Counted from the stretch's first letter, positions 26,889 through 40,409 are shown. The stretch is 64,000 nucleotides of DNA from Eledone cirrhosa (GCA_964016885.1 OZ024749.1:35712001-35776000), one strand, 5' to 3'. Translations and numbers: made by a program. The notes: generated by a model not told the origin, from the sequence alone.

Positions 26889-27366
26889 GAACCTTAGGAT
26901 CATGAAATAACCTTAGGATCATGAAATAACCTTAGGATCATGAACTAACCTTAGGATCATGAACTAACCTTAGGATCATGAACTAACCTTAGGATCATGA
27001 ACTAACCTTAGGATCATGAACTAAACTTAGGATCATGAACTAACCTTAGGATCATGAACTAACCTTAGGATCATGAACTAAACTTAGGATCATGAACTAA
27101 CCTTAGGATCATGAACTAACCTTAGGATCATGAACTAAACTTAGGATCATGAACTAACCTTAGGATCATGAACTAAACTTAGGATCATGAACTAACCTTA
27201 GGATCATGAACTAACCTTAGGATCATGAACTAAACTTAGGATCATGAACTAAACTTAGGATCATGAACTAACCTTAGGATCATGAACTAACCTTAGGATC
27301 ATGAACTAAACTTAGGATCATGAACTAACCTTAGGATCATGAACTAACCTTAGGATCATGAACTAA
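26889..27366. repeat. 19-bp minisatellite aa(c/a)cttaggatcatgaact, ~25 copies
   Basis: Seen directly; two single-base variants interleaved. Confidence 0.97.
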
Positions 27367-28045
27367 GCAAAAAACAGCCTGCGATAAAGCCAGTCCTTTG
27401 TATTATAGGTACAACTTGTAATTTTGGCTTGCTAAGTGTTCTGGAGCAACATGAAATAAAGTGTCTTGCATCTCCATGAATTGAACTTATAGCCTTACGA
27501 TCATGAAGTGAGCAGGAAACAGCCTGTGATAAAGCCAGCCCTTTGTATCACTGGTACAACTTTTTGGGCTGCTAAGTGTTCTGGAGCAACATGCTGACAA
27601 ACACAACATACCACTGAGAATCAAACTTACATCTGTACAATCGTGAGCTGAACAACCTAACCAGTAATCCGTGCACCTTCATCAGAGTGAAAATATTTGT
27701 GAGTTACTTAATATTAATTTTCTGGTTTTTAACATCTACATCAAAATCCTCTTCCATATAAACTGAAATGTTGCCAAAATAATGGTTTGTCTCAAGAATA
27801 AAACAAATTTGATGATATTTTCTATTGAATTTCTGATTGCTCTTTGTTTACGTAGAATTTGAATGAATGATAGATTATAAGAGTAAAAGTTTTGGGGTTT
27901 AAATGTTGGGATCAAAATTATTAGTTTCACGTGATATGTTATAAATATAGTTTTAATTGATGAACATAAAAGTAATTGAAATAGAAATACACTCCAACAT
28001 CAAACCATTTTTATGTTGTTCAATAGAGCATTGCTTCATATACGA

Positions 28046-28083
<38 letters not shown>

Positions 28084-28253
28084 TTGCTAGCAGGGAAAGA
28101 GGACATTAAAACTATGATGATGATATATATATATACATGTATATATATAGATGTATATATATATATATATATATACATGTATATATATAGATGTATATAT
28201 ATATATATACATGTATATATATAGATGTATATATATATATATGTATATATATA

Positions 28254-28298
<45 letters not shown>

Positions 28299-28589
28299 TA
28301 TATAGTATATATACTATAGTATATATAGTATATATATATATATATATATATAGTATATATATAGTATATATATATATATAGTATATATACAGTGTATATA
28401 TATATATATATATAGGCTAACTCAGTGATCCAAAAATGGATCTGATTTTCAAATTAGATTAAATTGTTGATGTAACTGTTAAAGTCTTCTGAAGTATTCC
28501 ATGCTATATATTAGAACAAAAATAACCATGATTTAAAATAAACATCAGAAACCTAGTATGCTTTGTAACAAGTGTCCTAGTGTTATAAA

Positions 28590-29560
28590 GTTGTAGTACT
28601 GGTACCACAATAATATACATCCAGTCCACACTGTAAAGTACATATAGTAGTACTGGTGCTACAATAATATACGCCCAGTCCACTCAGTAATGTGGTAGTA
28701 CTTGTGCTACAATAATATACACCCTGTCTACACTGTAAAGTACATATAGTAGTACTGGTGCTACAATAATATACACCCAGTCCACACTGTAATGTGGTAG
28801 TACTTGTGCTACAATAATATACACCCAGCCCACACTGTAATGTAGTAGAACTGGTGCCACAATAATATACACCCAGCCCACACTGTAATGTAGTAGAACT
28901 GGTGCTACAATAATATACACCCAGTCCACACTGTAATGTGGTAGTACTTGTGCTACAATAATATACACCCAGCCCACACTGTAATGTAGTAGTACTGGTG
29001 CCACAATAATATACACCCAGTCCACACTGTAATGTAGTAGTACTGGTGCCACAATAATATACACCCAGTCCACACTGTAATGTAGTAGAACTGGTGCTAC
29101 AATAATATACACCCAGTCCACACTGTAATGTGGTAGTACTTGTGCTACAATAATATACACCCAGCCCACACTGTAATGTAGTAGTACTGGTGCCACAATA
29201 ATATACACCCAGTCCACACTGTAATGTAGTAGTACTGGTGCCACAATAATATACACCCAGTCCACACTGTAAAGTAGTAGTGTTGATGCCACAATAAAAT
29301 ATATCATCCTACCCACACTGTAGAGTGGTAGTACTGGTGTCACCATAAAATACACCCTGTACACTCTGTAAAGTGGTAGTGTTGGTGCCACCATAAAATG
29401 CACACAGTGCACTCTATAAAGTTGTAGCACTGGTGCTACAATAAAATTCACACAGTACACTCTGTAAAGTTGTAGTGCTGATGCCATGTTATATTGTATC
29501 CAGTCTACTCTGTAAGTTGGTAGTACTAATACCACAATAAAATGCACCTAGTACATGCTG
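28590..29560. repeat. 48-bp minisatellite, ~20 copies, grading into a SINE-like tail
   Basis: Unit gtactggtgccacaataatatacacccagtccacactgtaatgtagta. It accounts for the 287-aa repetitive ORF. Confidence 0.95.
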
Positions 29561-30665
29561 TGAAGTGGCTTACATTAGGAAGGGCATCCAGTAATAGAAA
29601 TTATGCTGGAATTGAACATAGAAATCATGCTCGCATGGAACATAGACATAAAATGAAGATGATGCTGATGATGATGATTGTGATGAGACTTATTCTATGA
29701 TCTAAAAAAGGATGTGATATTGGTATTAGCATATATTCTTGACATAGTTGTTAAAGTTTTCTTCATCAACACCACACACTATTTTCTTTCCTTTCAAAAA
29801 GAGCCCCTAAACTCAAAATATCATGAAATATAAGCTAAAATTGTAGACTGCTGTTTTTTCACTTTACTCTCGTTTTCACTTTTGTATTTCTAATTGACAT
29901 TATATCAAACAATCATAACCATATGTCATCTCACAATACTTCGTATAAACTATAACACACAAACATAATACTGTAGCTTTGTTTTGTTTGTCTTACTTTA
30001 TTCTAGTTTTCCCTCCTGTATTTCCAATTTACATTCTACATTGTACCAGCTTTCACATATAACATTCATAACCATCAACACCATATTTTATATTCGAACA
30101 AATATAGCCACAGTTTAAAATAAACCATCAGAAAGAAAGTTATATTTATTGATCAATAGCAGAATGGATATAAAACCAAAAGACAACACAGTTTTCCCAT
30201 TTAAATTCTGACTAAATTAATCCTTTTATTCATCGCCGACATTATGTTTATCGGCTGCTAATTTTGTAACTTCCGGTTTCCATTTTTGCAGACTTTTGGT
30301 TCTTGTATATTTTGATATTGTTCGGTCACTTTTCAAAACTTCCATAACATCCTCCACCACATCTTCCTACCCTCATTCCATAAATTCTAAAAGGAATCAT
30401 GTCAAACACAGTATATGACATTTGTATATAAATGAAATAATTTGTAATAAATGTAAAAGTTGACAGCAGTCTCCAACACAGGAGGCATCTGACAAAAGGT
30501 TTTAGATTAAATTGCTGAATCTAACAAAAGATATTTCTATTACAAGCTGCAATATATAAGACAAAAACAGTTGTCTTCACAGGCTCATTGTATCATATAT
30601 ATCAATAAGTGATTTTCTATGTGTATGTCTGTATGAATATATGAGCTTGTTAGTGTAAATGTGTC

Positions 30666-30701
<36 letters not shown>

Positions 30702-30809
30702 CACATACACATATTATATTGACTTTGATTTTCTAGATGACCTTGAAGATTTTCCATAAGCAATATTGTTGCTAAATATTTAGCTTGTTAGCCACCTTTG
30801 CTCTCATTT

Positions 30810-31240
30810 GAAAGACAAATGCCACTTGGTTAAAAATATGTGGTACAGCATCAGTTTTGCATGGTGGGTCAGATTTTACACCTACCTACCATTCAACATT
30901 CAAAGATTGCAATGTCATGGACACTTGAGAAAGGAAAGGGAAGGAGGGTCAGCCCAACAACACCTGGTGCTAAGCATTCAAGGTGGATCTTAGATACACA
31001 GGGACTTGTTGGACAGGAGGAGACAACCAAGGAACACTTTGTTCTGAATATTCTACAAGGACCTCAGATACACAAGAATTTGTTGGACATGAGGGTGCAG
31101 TCCAGGAACACTTGATGCTGAATATTTTAGGAGGACCTCAGAATTAGTTGGGCAGGTGTGAGGAAAACCACGGAAAGGCCTGAGACTAAGAAATATATAA
31201 CTTAGATAGAGTCTCTATGGAGGACCCTCTCCATTTTAGC
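30810..31240 (+). mobile_element. Highly decayed RTE-like LINE 3' fragment
   Basis: VGQILHLP...KIAMSWTLEKGKGRR / GQPNNTW resembles the RTE C-terminal W.GH..R....WTP.GKR.RGRP..TW motif. Confidence 0.45.
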
Positions 31241-31289
31241 TTGTTATCAAACCTCATCAAATGTTAGTAACTCTAATACCATGTCATGT

Positions 31290-31352
<63 letters not shown>

Positions 31353-31406
31353 TCTCTCTAATCCTATTTACCCATGTAGCTCTCTCTCACTAATCTTCTT
31401 TCTTCT

Positions 31407-31456
<50 letters not shown>

Positions 31457-31516
31457 TCTCTAATCCTATTTACCCATGTAGCTCTCTCTCACTAATCTTC
31501 TTTCTTCTTATGGCTC

Positions 31517-31580
<64 letters not shown>

Positions 31581-31597
31581 ATCCTATTTACCCATGT

Positions 31598-31634
<37 letters not shown>

Positions 31635-32047
31635 CTAATCCTGTCTTCTTGTATATCTCTTTCTCCCTCTCTCTTTCTAATCCTCTCCATGAATCTCTCT
31701 CTCTCTCTCTCTCTCTGGTTGTATTTCTCCATGTAGCTCCTTCCATCCTCTTCCTCTTCCTCTCTCTAATCCTATTTCTCTATGTAGTCCTGTTCTCTCT
31801 CCCTCTCCCTCCCTCTCTAACCCTATCTCTCTCTCTCCCTCTCTTTATCCATCTCTCTCTCTTTCTCTCTCTCTCTTTTTCTAATCCACTTTAATGAATT
31901 CTGGAATAAAATTTTCAGTATTTTTTTGTTGTAGAATGAAATATTGTAGAATTGTTGAATTAAAATAATTTAAGGTGACATGAAAATGTCAACATTTTCC
32001 ATTGGTTAAACCTAATTAAGGATCTAGATGGATTAGTTTCTGTCTCA

Positions 32048-32144
<97 letters not shown>

Positions 32145-33303
32145 TTTGTGTGAGTGTAAATAAGTATTTATGTTAACATGTGTTTCAATATGTGTGTGTG
32201 TATTTATGGGTTTAATATGTGTCTCAATATGTGTGTATGTGTGTGTGTGTATTTATGGGTTAATATGTGTGTATGTGTGTGTGTGTATTTATGGGTTTAA
32301 TATGTGTCTCAATATGTGTGTATGTATGTGTGTGTATTTATGGGTTAATATGTGTCTCAATATGTGTGTATGTGTGTGTGTGTGTATTTATGTGTTAATA
32401 TGTGTGTATGTGTGTGTGTGTATTTATGTGTTAATATGTGTGTATGTGTGTGTGTGCATTTATGTGTTAATATGAGTGTATGTGTGTGTGTTTATGTGTT
32501 AACATGTCTCAATATGTGTGTATATGTGTGTGTATTTATGGGTTCATATGTGTCTCAATATGTGTGTATTTATGTGTTAATATGTGTGTATGTGTGTGTG
32601 TGTATTTATGTGTTGATATGTGTGTATGTGTGTGTGTATTTATGTGTTAATATGTGTGTATGTGTGTGTGTATTTATGTGTTAACATGTGTGTATGTGTG
32701 TGTGTATTTATGTGTTAATATGTGTGTATGTGTGTGTGTATTTATGTGTTGATATGTGTGTATGTGTGTGTGTATTTATGTGTTAATATGTGTGTATTTA
32801 TGTGTTGATATGTGTGGTACCTGTGATCTGTGCATGAGTGTCTGAGCATGGAAGTGTGAATGCATGTGAATTTATCTGTGTATTTGTGTGCATAGGTGTA
32901 TGTATTTAAGTATTTATGCGCAATATTGTGTGCGTATGTCTCTGTGTGTTCATGTGTAACTTTGTGTATATGTAAGTGCATATGCATGTGGATTTATATT
33001 TATTTGCATGCAGCTGTGTGTATGCAAGTGCAAATGTGTATGGACATGCATATTGGCATGCATATGTGTGTGTGTGTGCATCATTGCATGTATGTTGATT
33101 TATCTGTATATTTACATGCATTGTTGCATAAGTGTACTTATGTATATATGTGTATGTATGTGTGTATATATGTGTATGTATTTGTGAATATATGTGTATA
33201 TGAGCATGCATATGTATATATATATATGTGTGTATGTGTGTATATGTGTTTACATATGTATGTGTGTATATATGTATATGTTTGTATATATGAGTATGTG
33301 AGC

Positions 33304-33377
<74 letters not shown>

Positions 33378-33772
33378 ATGTGTATGTAAACATGTATTAC
33401 CATGTGAATGGTTTATCATGAAATATGTTAGTTAGCATTCTCTTCATGTGCCGTTAATTTGCAGCACAAAAGAAATGATGATGGTGAACATGCTGTAGAA
33501 ATTGGTTAGGTAGAAACTTTAAATGTCGACAGTATGGAAACAGTCTGTTATTATCAATAAAACAGTTCACAGTGATATTTAGATATCAGGTGCAGTTAAA
33601 GATTTCATTTTGTAACCATGTGGTTCCAGTTCAGTCACACTATGTGGTACCTTGGGCAAATATGTACTATTATAATCTCAGGTGGACCAAAGTCTTGTGA
33701 TCAGAATTTGGTAAAAATGGAAACTGCAGAAACCCATCATATACATAAATACAAATATATATATATATATAT

Positions 33773-34085
33773 ATCATCATCATCATTTTAACGTCCGCTT
33801 TTCCCTGCTTGCAAGGGTGGGACGGGAACTGATTCTGGCTTGATTTCTACAGCTGGATACCCTTCCTAACACCAACCTCATTTACAGTGAGTGCTGGGTG
33901 CTTTTTTGACGTGCCACCTCCACGACCACTTTGCAGTGGAATGATAGGGACCCCAGTCCCTATCATCTCATTTCTACAGCTGAGTAAACTGCAGCAATGT
34001 GAAATAAAGTATCTTGCTCAAGGAAACAACACATCACCCGGTTTCGATTGCAAGGCCAATGCTCTAACCACTAAGCCATGTGCCT

Positions 34086-34088
<3 letters not shown>
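33773..34088 (-). mobile_element. Family B SINE (small internal deletion in the head)
   Basis: Reverse complement of 23649-23998. Confidence 0.9.
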
Positions 34089-34113
<25 letters not shown>

Positions 34114-34118
<5 letters not shown>

Positions 34119-34307
34119 AACCAGTAAGACCCCGACAGCTGAGCTCAAGCCGTTTCGACGGCTAATTCGCTAACTGAATTAGCCGTCGAAACGGCTTGAG
34201 CTCAGCTGTCGGGGTCTTACTGGTTCCTATTACCCACTCTACTACCTCAAGTATTGAGTACTTTGGTGCGTTATGGTCCACCTGGTTCCTTACCACATTT
34301 CCTTCGT

Positions 34308-34310
<3 letters not shown>
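34114..34310 (+). mobile_element. Fold-back element (perfect 55-bp arms 34114-34168 / 34176-34230) plus tail in (TA)n
   Basis: Seen directly; same family as 25110-25308. Confidence 0.8.
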
Positions 34311-34371
<61 letters not shown>

Positions 34372-34374
<3 letters not shown>

Positions 34375-34685
34375 AAAGTTTTATTTAAAATTGTTGGGTT
34401 ACAACGAGTAAATATTTTATAACTGATATAAAGCACTCAACAAGTTTTGGAGTAGATATACGATATTAAACAAATGGAAACTATATTTATAAAACCATAT
34501 TTATTTCATTATACATATTTCATTATATATATTTCATTATACATATTTCGTCAAATTTATTTATATATTGTATTTTATCTGAAGAAGGCATGCCATAGTT
34601 TTAATATGGTATCCCTGAAATATGTATAATGAAATAAATATGGTTTTATATATATAGTTTCCATTTGTTTAATATCGTATATATA
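34372..34685. mobile_element. PLE remnant: tail on the left (minus sense), inverted arms about 34456-34522 / 34616-34682, hammerhead overlapping the right arm
   Basis: Inverted arms, (TA)n on both sides, intact hammerhead. Confidence 0.75.
34572..34635 (+). ncRNA. Minimal type I hammerhead ribozyme
   Basis: attttat CTGAAGA; stem II agg/cct, C.C mismatch, atgccata/tatggtat; GAAA 34617-34620; A-tatgta-T; cleavage nucleotide A34628; atgaaat. Confidence 0.8.
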
Positions 34686-34763
34686 TATATATAGTAATAA
34701 TAATAAACGTGAAGACTAAAATCCAAAGAGGACTCGATAAGGATAAATATAGTTTCAGAAGAT

Positions 34764-34930
34764 CATGTTTAAGATAGAAATGGCTTCTATAAGACTAGAA
34801 CTGTTTCATTCCAAAGAAATTATCAGGAAAGCCATTTCTATATTAAACATGTTTACACTCATCTAATGTATTGAGTACCTTATTAACTGTGGCTAACCCC
34901 GATTGAACCCAGGATTCATACAAAAATATA
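34764..34930 (+). mobile_element. Fold-back PLE-like remnant (23-bp arms 34764-34786 / 34829-34851) plus tail
   Basis: Same family as 37625-37760 and 62985-63152. The minus strand of the spacer reads CTGATAA tttc tttg gaat GAAA cag, which is hammerhead-core-like. Confidence 0.65.
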
Positions 34931-35040
34931 TAATGGTGTCAATTCTTCCTCTAGATATCTCACTTGCTCTCACTCTCTCTTTGTTTTAAAGAAATTAGCC
35001 CTGTTCAAACCTGAAGAGGGATGGGTTCAGCTTGGTTTAA

Positions 35041-35248
35041 CCCTTTAGCATTTACATTACTCTATATATACTATTAAAGGCTTTATCTCACATAATTATC
35101 TCACATAATATTGAATCTATGAGATTTTGATGTTATTTATTTTGAGAACAATACCTTAATGTCAGTATGAGTGGCTAGTTACAACCAGTTTGAACAGAAA
35201 GAGGTGAGAGAATTCTGGCCGGATACAGCTAGTTTAAATGCTAAAGGG
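35041..35248 (+). mobile_element. piggyBac-type MITE (208 bp)
   Basis: TTAA on both sides (35037-35040, 35249-35252); 14-bp TIR ccctttagcattta. Confidence 0.85.
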
Positions 35249-35654
35249 TTAAATGGCCAAGACACATCATACATCACTACAGTGCCCCTATGACTCTGTT
35301 AGGAGTTAGGGGTCCATAAATGAAAAGATAATAGTTATAGTGTGAAATGCTGGATAAAATGATAAATTGATAGGATGTTGGATAAAGTCCCTCTTAATTA
35401 GAATAGCAGTCTGAACAGATGATATCTGCATAAATGGAGGCACTGTTCACATATTACGAAGAGTACTTTTGTACAACCTCATATTATTTCATTAAAAGAT
35501 TTCGGTTCAAACTCTTTAATTACAAGTTGGATAACTCTTACTCCTTCCTATTTTTTTTTTTTTGTTCCTATACATGTAAAAGATACAGAAATGAAGAAAT
35601 ACTTTGACTTATCAGCAAACTATAACAGATATTTCAGTATATTTTATTCTCTGA

Positions 35655-35835
35655 ATTGGCAGTATCGGTAGAGGGTCGGACGACATGCTTTCCAGCATAG
35701 TTACGTCCCTTTACGATCCGAGTTCAAATCTCGCCGAGGTTGACTTTGCCTTTCATCCTTACGGGGTCGATAAAATAAAGTACCAGTAATGTACTGGGTA
35801 ATTGCTGGCCTTGTGCCTAAAGTAGAAACAATTAT
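35655..35835 (+). mobile_element. Family A SINE
   Basis: Match to the family A consensus. Confidence 0.85.
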
Positions 35836-36897
35836 TTTTATTAATTTTTTTTATTAATTTTTTTTTTTTTGTATGCGAACAAAGTCATCCTACCCGCTGT
35901 TAATTATAAGCGAAATCGTACACCTTCGTGACAATAGAAAATGTTAAAATCAAAGCAAAATACTGCACATCGCCAAAGCACACAAAACTGCGCTCAGTTC
36001 TGCAATGAAAATACAATGAAAATACAACTACTCTATAATAAGAACGAAGACTAAGACAGAGAATAAGAAAGAAAGAAAGTGAGAGAGAGAGGGAGAGAGA
36101 GAGAAGGAAAGAAGAGGGTATCTGATTCCAAAGTTCAATATGTTGGTAGATCACGCCAATTTTACTGCAATGTCAAAAAATTTTAGATTGAATGATTAAT
36201 TTTGCTGGAAATAAAATCAAGTGATTTGATACGGACGATTCTCTTTCAGTTTTAACGTCTGTAGACATCTCGACATTCCGACATTGAGAGAAGAAGAAGA
36301 AGAAGAAGAAGAAGAAGAAGGAGTGTGAGAAACATTCCTTGGCATTGGGAGAGAAGGAGAAGAAGGAGAGTGAGGAACTTTCCTTGACATTGGGAAAGAA
36401 AGAGGAGAAGAATGCGAAATGTTCCTTGACATTGGGAGAGAAGAATAAAATGAGGAAGAAGGAGAAGAAGAGGAGTGAGGAACTTCCAAGAAGAAGAAGA
36501 AGAAGAAGAATGAGAAATGTTCCTCGACATTGGGAGAGAAGAAGAAGACAAGGAAGAAGAAGAAGAAGAAGAAGAAGAGGAAGCATTGTGAGAGAGAAAA
36601 AATGAAGATGGAAGAAATTTTAGAACTGAGAAGAGATGATAAAATGGAGGTTCTTCAATGCATTTCAAGTAAAACATCAAACGTTACGGAAATAAGAAAC
36701 TAGGAAATATATTGGCTAGATATCTCGGAACAAATGTGGTTTGAGGTGGTTCCTTTCTCTCTACCCCCCAGCCACACACACACATACACATACATACGCA
36801 CACACATACACACACACACATATAGTATCATATTAAATACTACAACATATATCAAACCAATAGAAAACCATATTTTATTATTTCCTCTATTCTATAG

Positions 36898-36944
36898 AAA
36901 TGGAAATACAACTGGAATAGAATGGACCTCCGTCTGTGTTGATG
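36898..36944 (+). other. Candidate 47-nt host exon (NGNTTGIEWTSVCVD)
   Basis: Pyrimidine tract plus TAG acceptor, consensus G|GTGAGT donor, one open frame, non-repetitive context. Gene not identifiable. Confidence 0.3.
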
Positions 36945-37624
36945 GTGAGTGTTCCAGTTGTTGGATCAACAGGACAGTGTCTACTTGTGAAATTTTACAA
37001 TTAGGGGGTTGAGTATTCCACATACATGGATGCTTTTAACCCTTTTGATATCAAACCACCTGAAACCACCTTTGGTTCTATGATATAAAATTGTTTTAAA
37101 GAGTTAAACTTTACATCATAATTTTATGTAAGAACATAATCTTATGTAAATCGCACACACACACATACATATATATAAGTGACATAGTCACTACTTTAAA
37201 ATTCTTAGTGAATGGTCTTCACAATGTTTTTAATTAAACATACTGTATATTATCAAATATACCCCCACACCCTCCCACTGCAAGGTGGTCGTGGAGGTGC
37301 CACGGCAAAAAAGCACCCAGCCCACACTGTAAAGTGGGCGTGTAGGCACCATGGAAAAAAAGCACCCAGCACTCACTGTAAATGAGGTTGGTGTTAGGAA
37401 GGGCATCCAGCTGTAGAAATCAAGCCAAATCAGTTCCTGTATGAGTAAGGCATGGTCAGCCGACCAGACACTGCCCACAACAGGACAACCCGTCTAACCC
37501 ATGCTAGCATGGAAGAACGGACGTAAAACGGAGATGATGATGATGATACTATACATACATTCATATATACATCGCTATTTCAGAGCACCAATACTAATAT
37601 ATATATATATATATACATATATAG

Positions 37625-37760
37625 ATGTGAGTCCTGGAGTCAATCGGAGGTAATCGCAGTTCGTAAGGTACTCTGTACATTAGTAGAGTGTAAACTTCAT
37701 GTTTAATAAAGATATGGCTTCTACAGGACTAGAACTATTTCATTCAAAAGAAGTCATCAT
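37625..37760 (-). mobile_element. PLE-like 3' end with degenerate hammerhead core and tail
   Basis: Minus strand reads aTGATGA cttc tttt gaat GAAA ... ACTC...GAGT; homologous to 34764-34930. Confidence 0.55.
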
Positions 37761-37795
37761 ACACATATATACACATATAAGTATATACATGTAAG

Positions 37796-38389
37796 CAATG
37801 GCGGACTGGCCAGGCTGCCAGGTTACCCAATGGCAAGTAGCGTTGCAGGGCCCACTGTAATATTTTAGGGGCCAATGCTTAGCTTTCAAAAAATACCTGA
37901 AGTCTAAGAGAAAGAATAAAATTGAAAAAAAAATAAATAAAACAATTAAGCAAAGCATTTGGTCAACGACATCACATCATTTTGTTTTGAAAATTTTGAA
38001 AGTAGGTTTATCATTATGAATTTTTATAAGATTTTAGTAGTTGTCTAAGTAGCCTAGTGGTAGGACTAGAGACAGTGGAGATCCTGGTCTTGGGTTCAAT
38101 CCTGGACAAGAGGCACATGTAATGTCTTTTGGTTTTTATTTTACATCCCATAGAAAAAAGACTGAAAAGGTTTACCGGGAACCCTAATCCTGACCAGGAT
38201 TGAACTTCAGACCAGAATCATCACTGTCTGATTCATCGAACTCGGCTGCTGAGACACCTACGAAAGTATAATGAAAATTAATAATTATACACCTACTTTC
38301 AAAATCAAAATTAAATGATAGCATTCTAAATGTAGGTGGGCCCCCTTCATCTCCTGGCATCCAATATTTTTAGACCCAGTCCGCCATTG
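37796..38389. mobile_element. hAT-type non-autonomous DNA transposon (594 bp)
   Basis: 14-bp TIR caatggcggactgg / ccagtccgccattg; 8-bp TSD catgtaag / catgtaac. Confidence 0.8.
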
Positions 38390-38690
38390 CATGTAACCAT
38401 GCATGTAAATATGCATATAAATTAATATGCATGCACGTATAAACACACATACACACACGTACACACACGTATGCACAAATATGCATGTCAATATGCAAGT
38501 AAGTCCATATACATATGCACTTGCATACACACTACACACACAGCTGAAGACACATGCACTCTGTTAAGTTATGTTACAACCAAATTCTTGATTATTTTCA
38601 AAGTTATTTGAAAATCGTAGCCAGCGTCTATCTTTCACGAGAAATATGGAACCAAAATGGTGAATGTAGTTCTCAATATAAGTGGATGAG

Positions 38691-40163
38691 TATATCACAA
38701 ATACATATCACAAATACATATCTCAAATACATATCTCAAATACATATCTCAAATACATATCACAAATACATATCATAAATACATATCACAAATACATATC
38801 ACAAATACATATCTCAAATACATATCTCAAATACATATCTCAAATACATATCACAAATACATATCACAAATACATATCACAAATACATATCACAAATACA
38901 TATCTCAAATACATATCACAAATACATATCATAAATACATATCACAAATACATATCACAAATACATATCTCAAATACATATCTCAAATACATATCTCAAA
39001 TACATATCACAAATACATATCTCAAATACATATCACAAATACATATCACAAATACATATCATAAATACATATCTCAAATACATATCACAAATACATATCA
39101 CAAATACATATCACAAATACATATCACAAATACATATCACAAATACATATCACAAATACATATCACAAATACATATCACAAATACATATCACAAATACAT
39201 ATCTCAAATACATATCACAAATGCATATCTCAAATACATATCACAAATACATATCACAAATACATATCACAAATACATATCACAAATACATATCACAAAT
39301 ACATATCTCAAATACATATCACAAATACATATCACAAATACATATCACAAATACATATCAAAAATACATATCACAAATACATATCTCAAATACATATCAC
39401 AAATACATATCTCAAATACATATCTCAAATACATATCACAAATACATATCACAAATACATATCACAAATACATATCACAAATACATATCAAAAATACATA
39501 TCACAAATACATATCACAAATACATATCACAAATACATATCTCAAATACATATCTCAAATACATATCACAAATACATATCACAAATACATATCTCAAATA
39601 CATATCACAAATACATATCACAAATACATATCACAAATACATATCACAAATACATATCATAAATACATATCACATACATATCACAAATACATATCACAAA
39701 TACATATCACAAATACATATCACAAATACATATCAAAAATACATATCTCAAATACATATCTCAAATACATATCACAAATACATATCACAAATACATATCA
39801 CAAATACATATCTCAAATACATATCACAAATACATATCACAAATACATATCACAAATACATATCACAAATACATATCAAAAATACATATCTCAAATACAT
39901 ATCTCAAATACATATCTCAAATACATATCACAAATACATATCACAAATACATATCACAAATACATATCACAAATACATATCAAAAATACATATCTCAAAT
40001 ACATATCTCAAATACATATCACAAATACATATCACAAATACATATCACAAATACATATCTCAAATACATATCACAAATACATATCACAAATACATATCAC
40101 AAATACATATCACAAATACATATCACAAATACATATCACAAATACATATCACAAATACATATC
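38691..40163. repeat. 13-bp satellite tatc(a/t)caaataca, ~113 copies
   Basis: Seen directly; accounts for the 326-aa and 317-aa repetitive ORFs. Confidence 0.98.
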
Positions 40164-40409
40164 TCTTAACGTAATTCTGAGCAACAGAGTAATTTTGTTG
40201 TTAATGTTGTGGTTATTGATGCTGTTGTCAATGTTTTGGTGTTGTTGTTGTTGTTGTTGTTGTTGTTGGGTTGTTGTTGTTGTTGCTGTTGTTATTGTTA
40301 ATGTTGTTGTTACCTATTAATTTTCCCCAAAAAATGCTTTCAGTCCATCTTTGACATTAAACCGAGCACTGGAAATTAGCAGAGAATCTGCAGACTACAG
40401 TTAATGATG

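Noticed and set aside
26889-27366. TTAGG telomere-like repeats
   Set aside because: TTAGG is only 5 nt of a 19-bp unit, not a tandem telomeric array.
28684-29547. 287-aa hydrophobic repeat ORF
   Set aside because: Stop-free frame of a 48-bp SINE-derived minisatellite.
38682-40174. 326-aa and 317-aa ORFs
   Set aside because: Translations of a 13-bp satellite.
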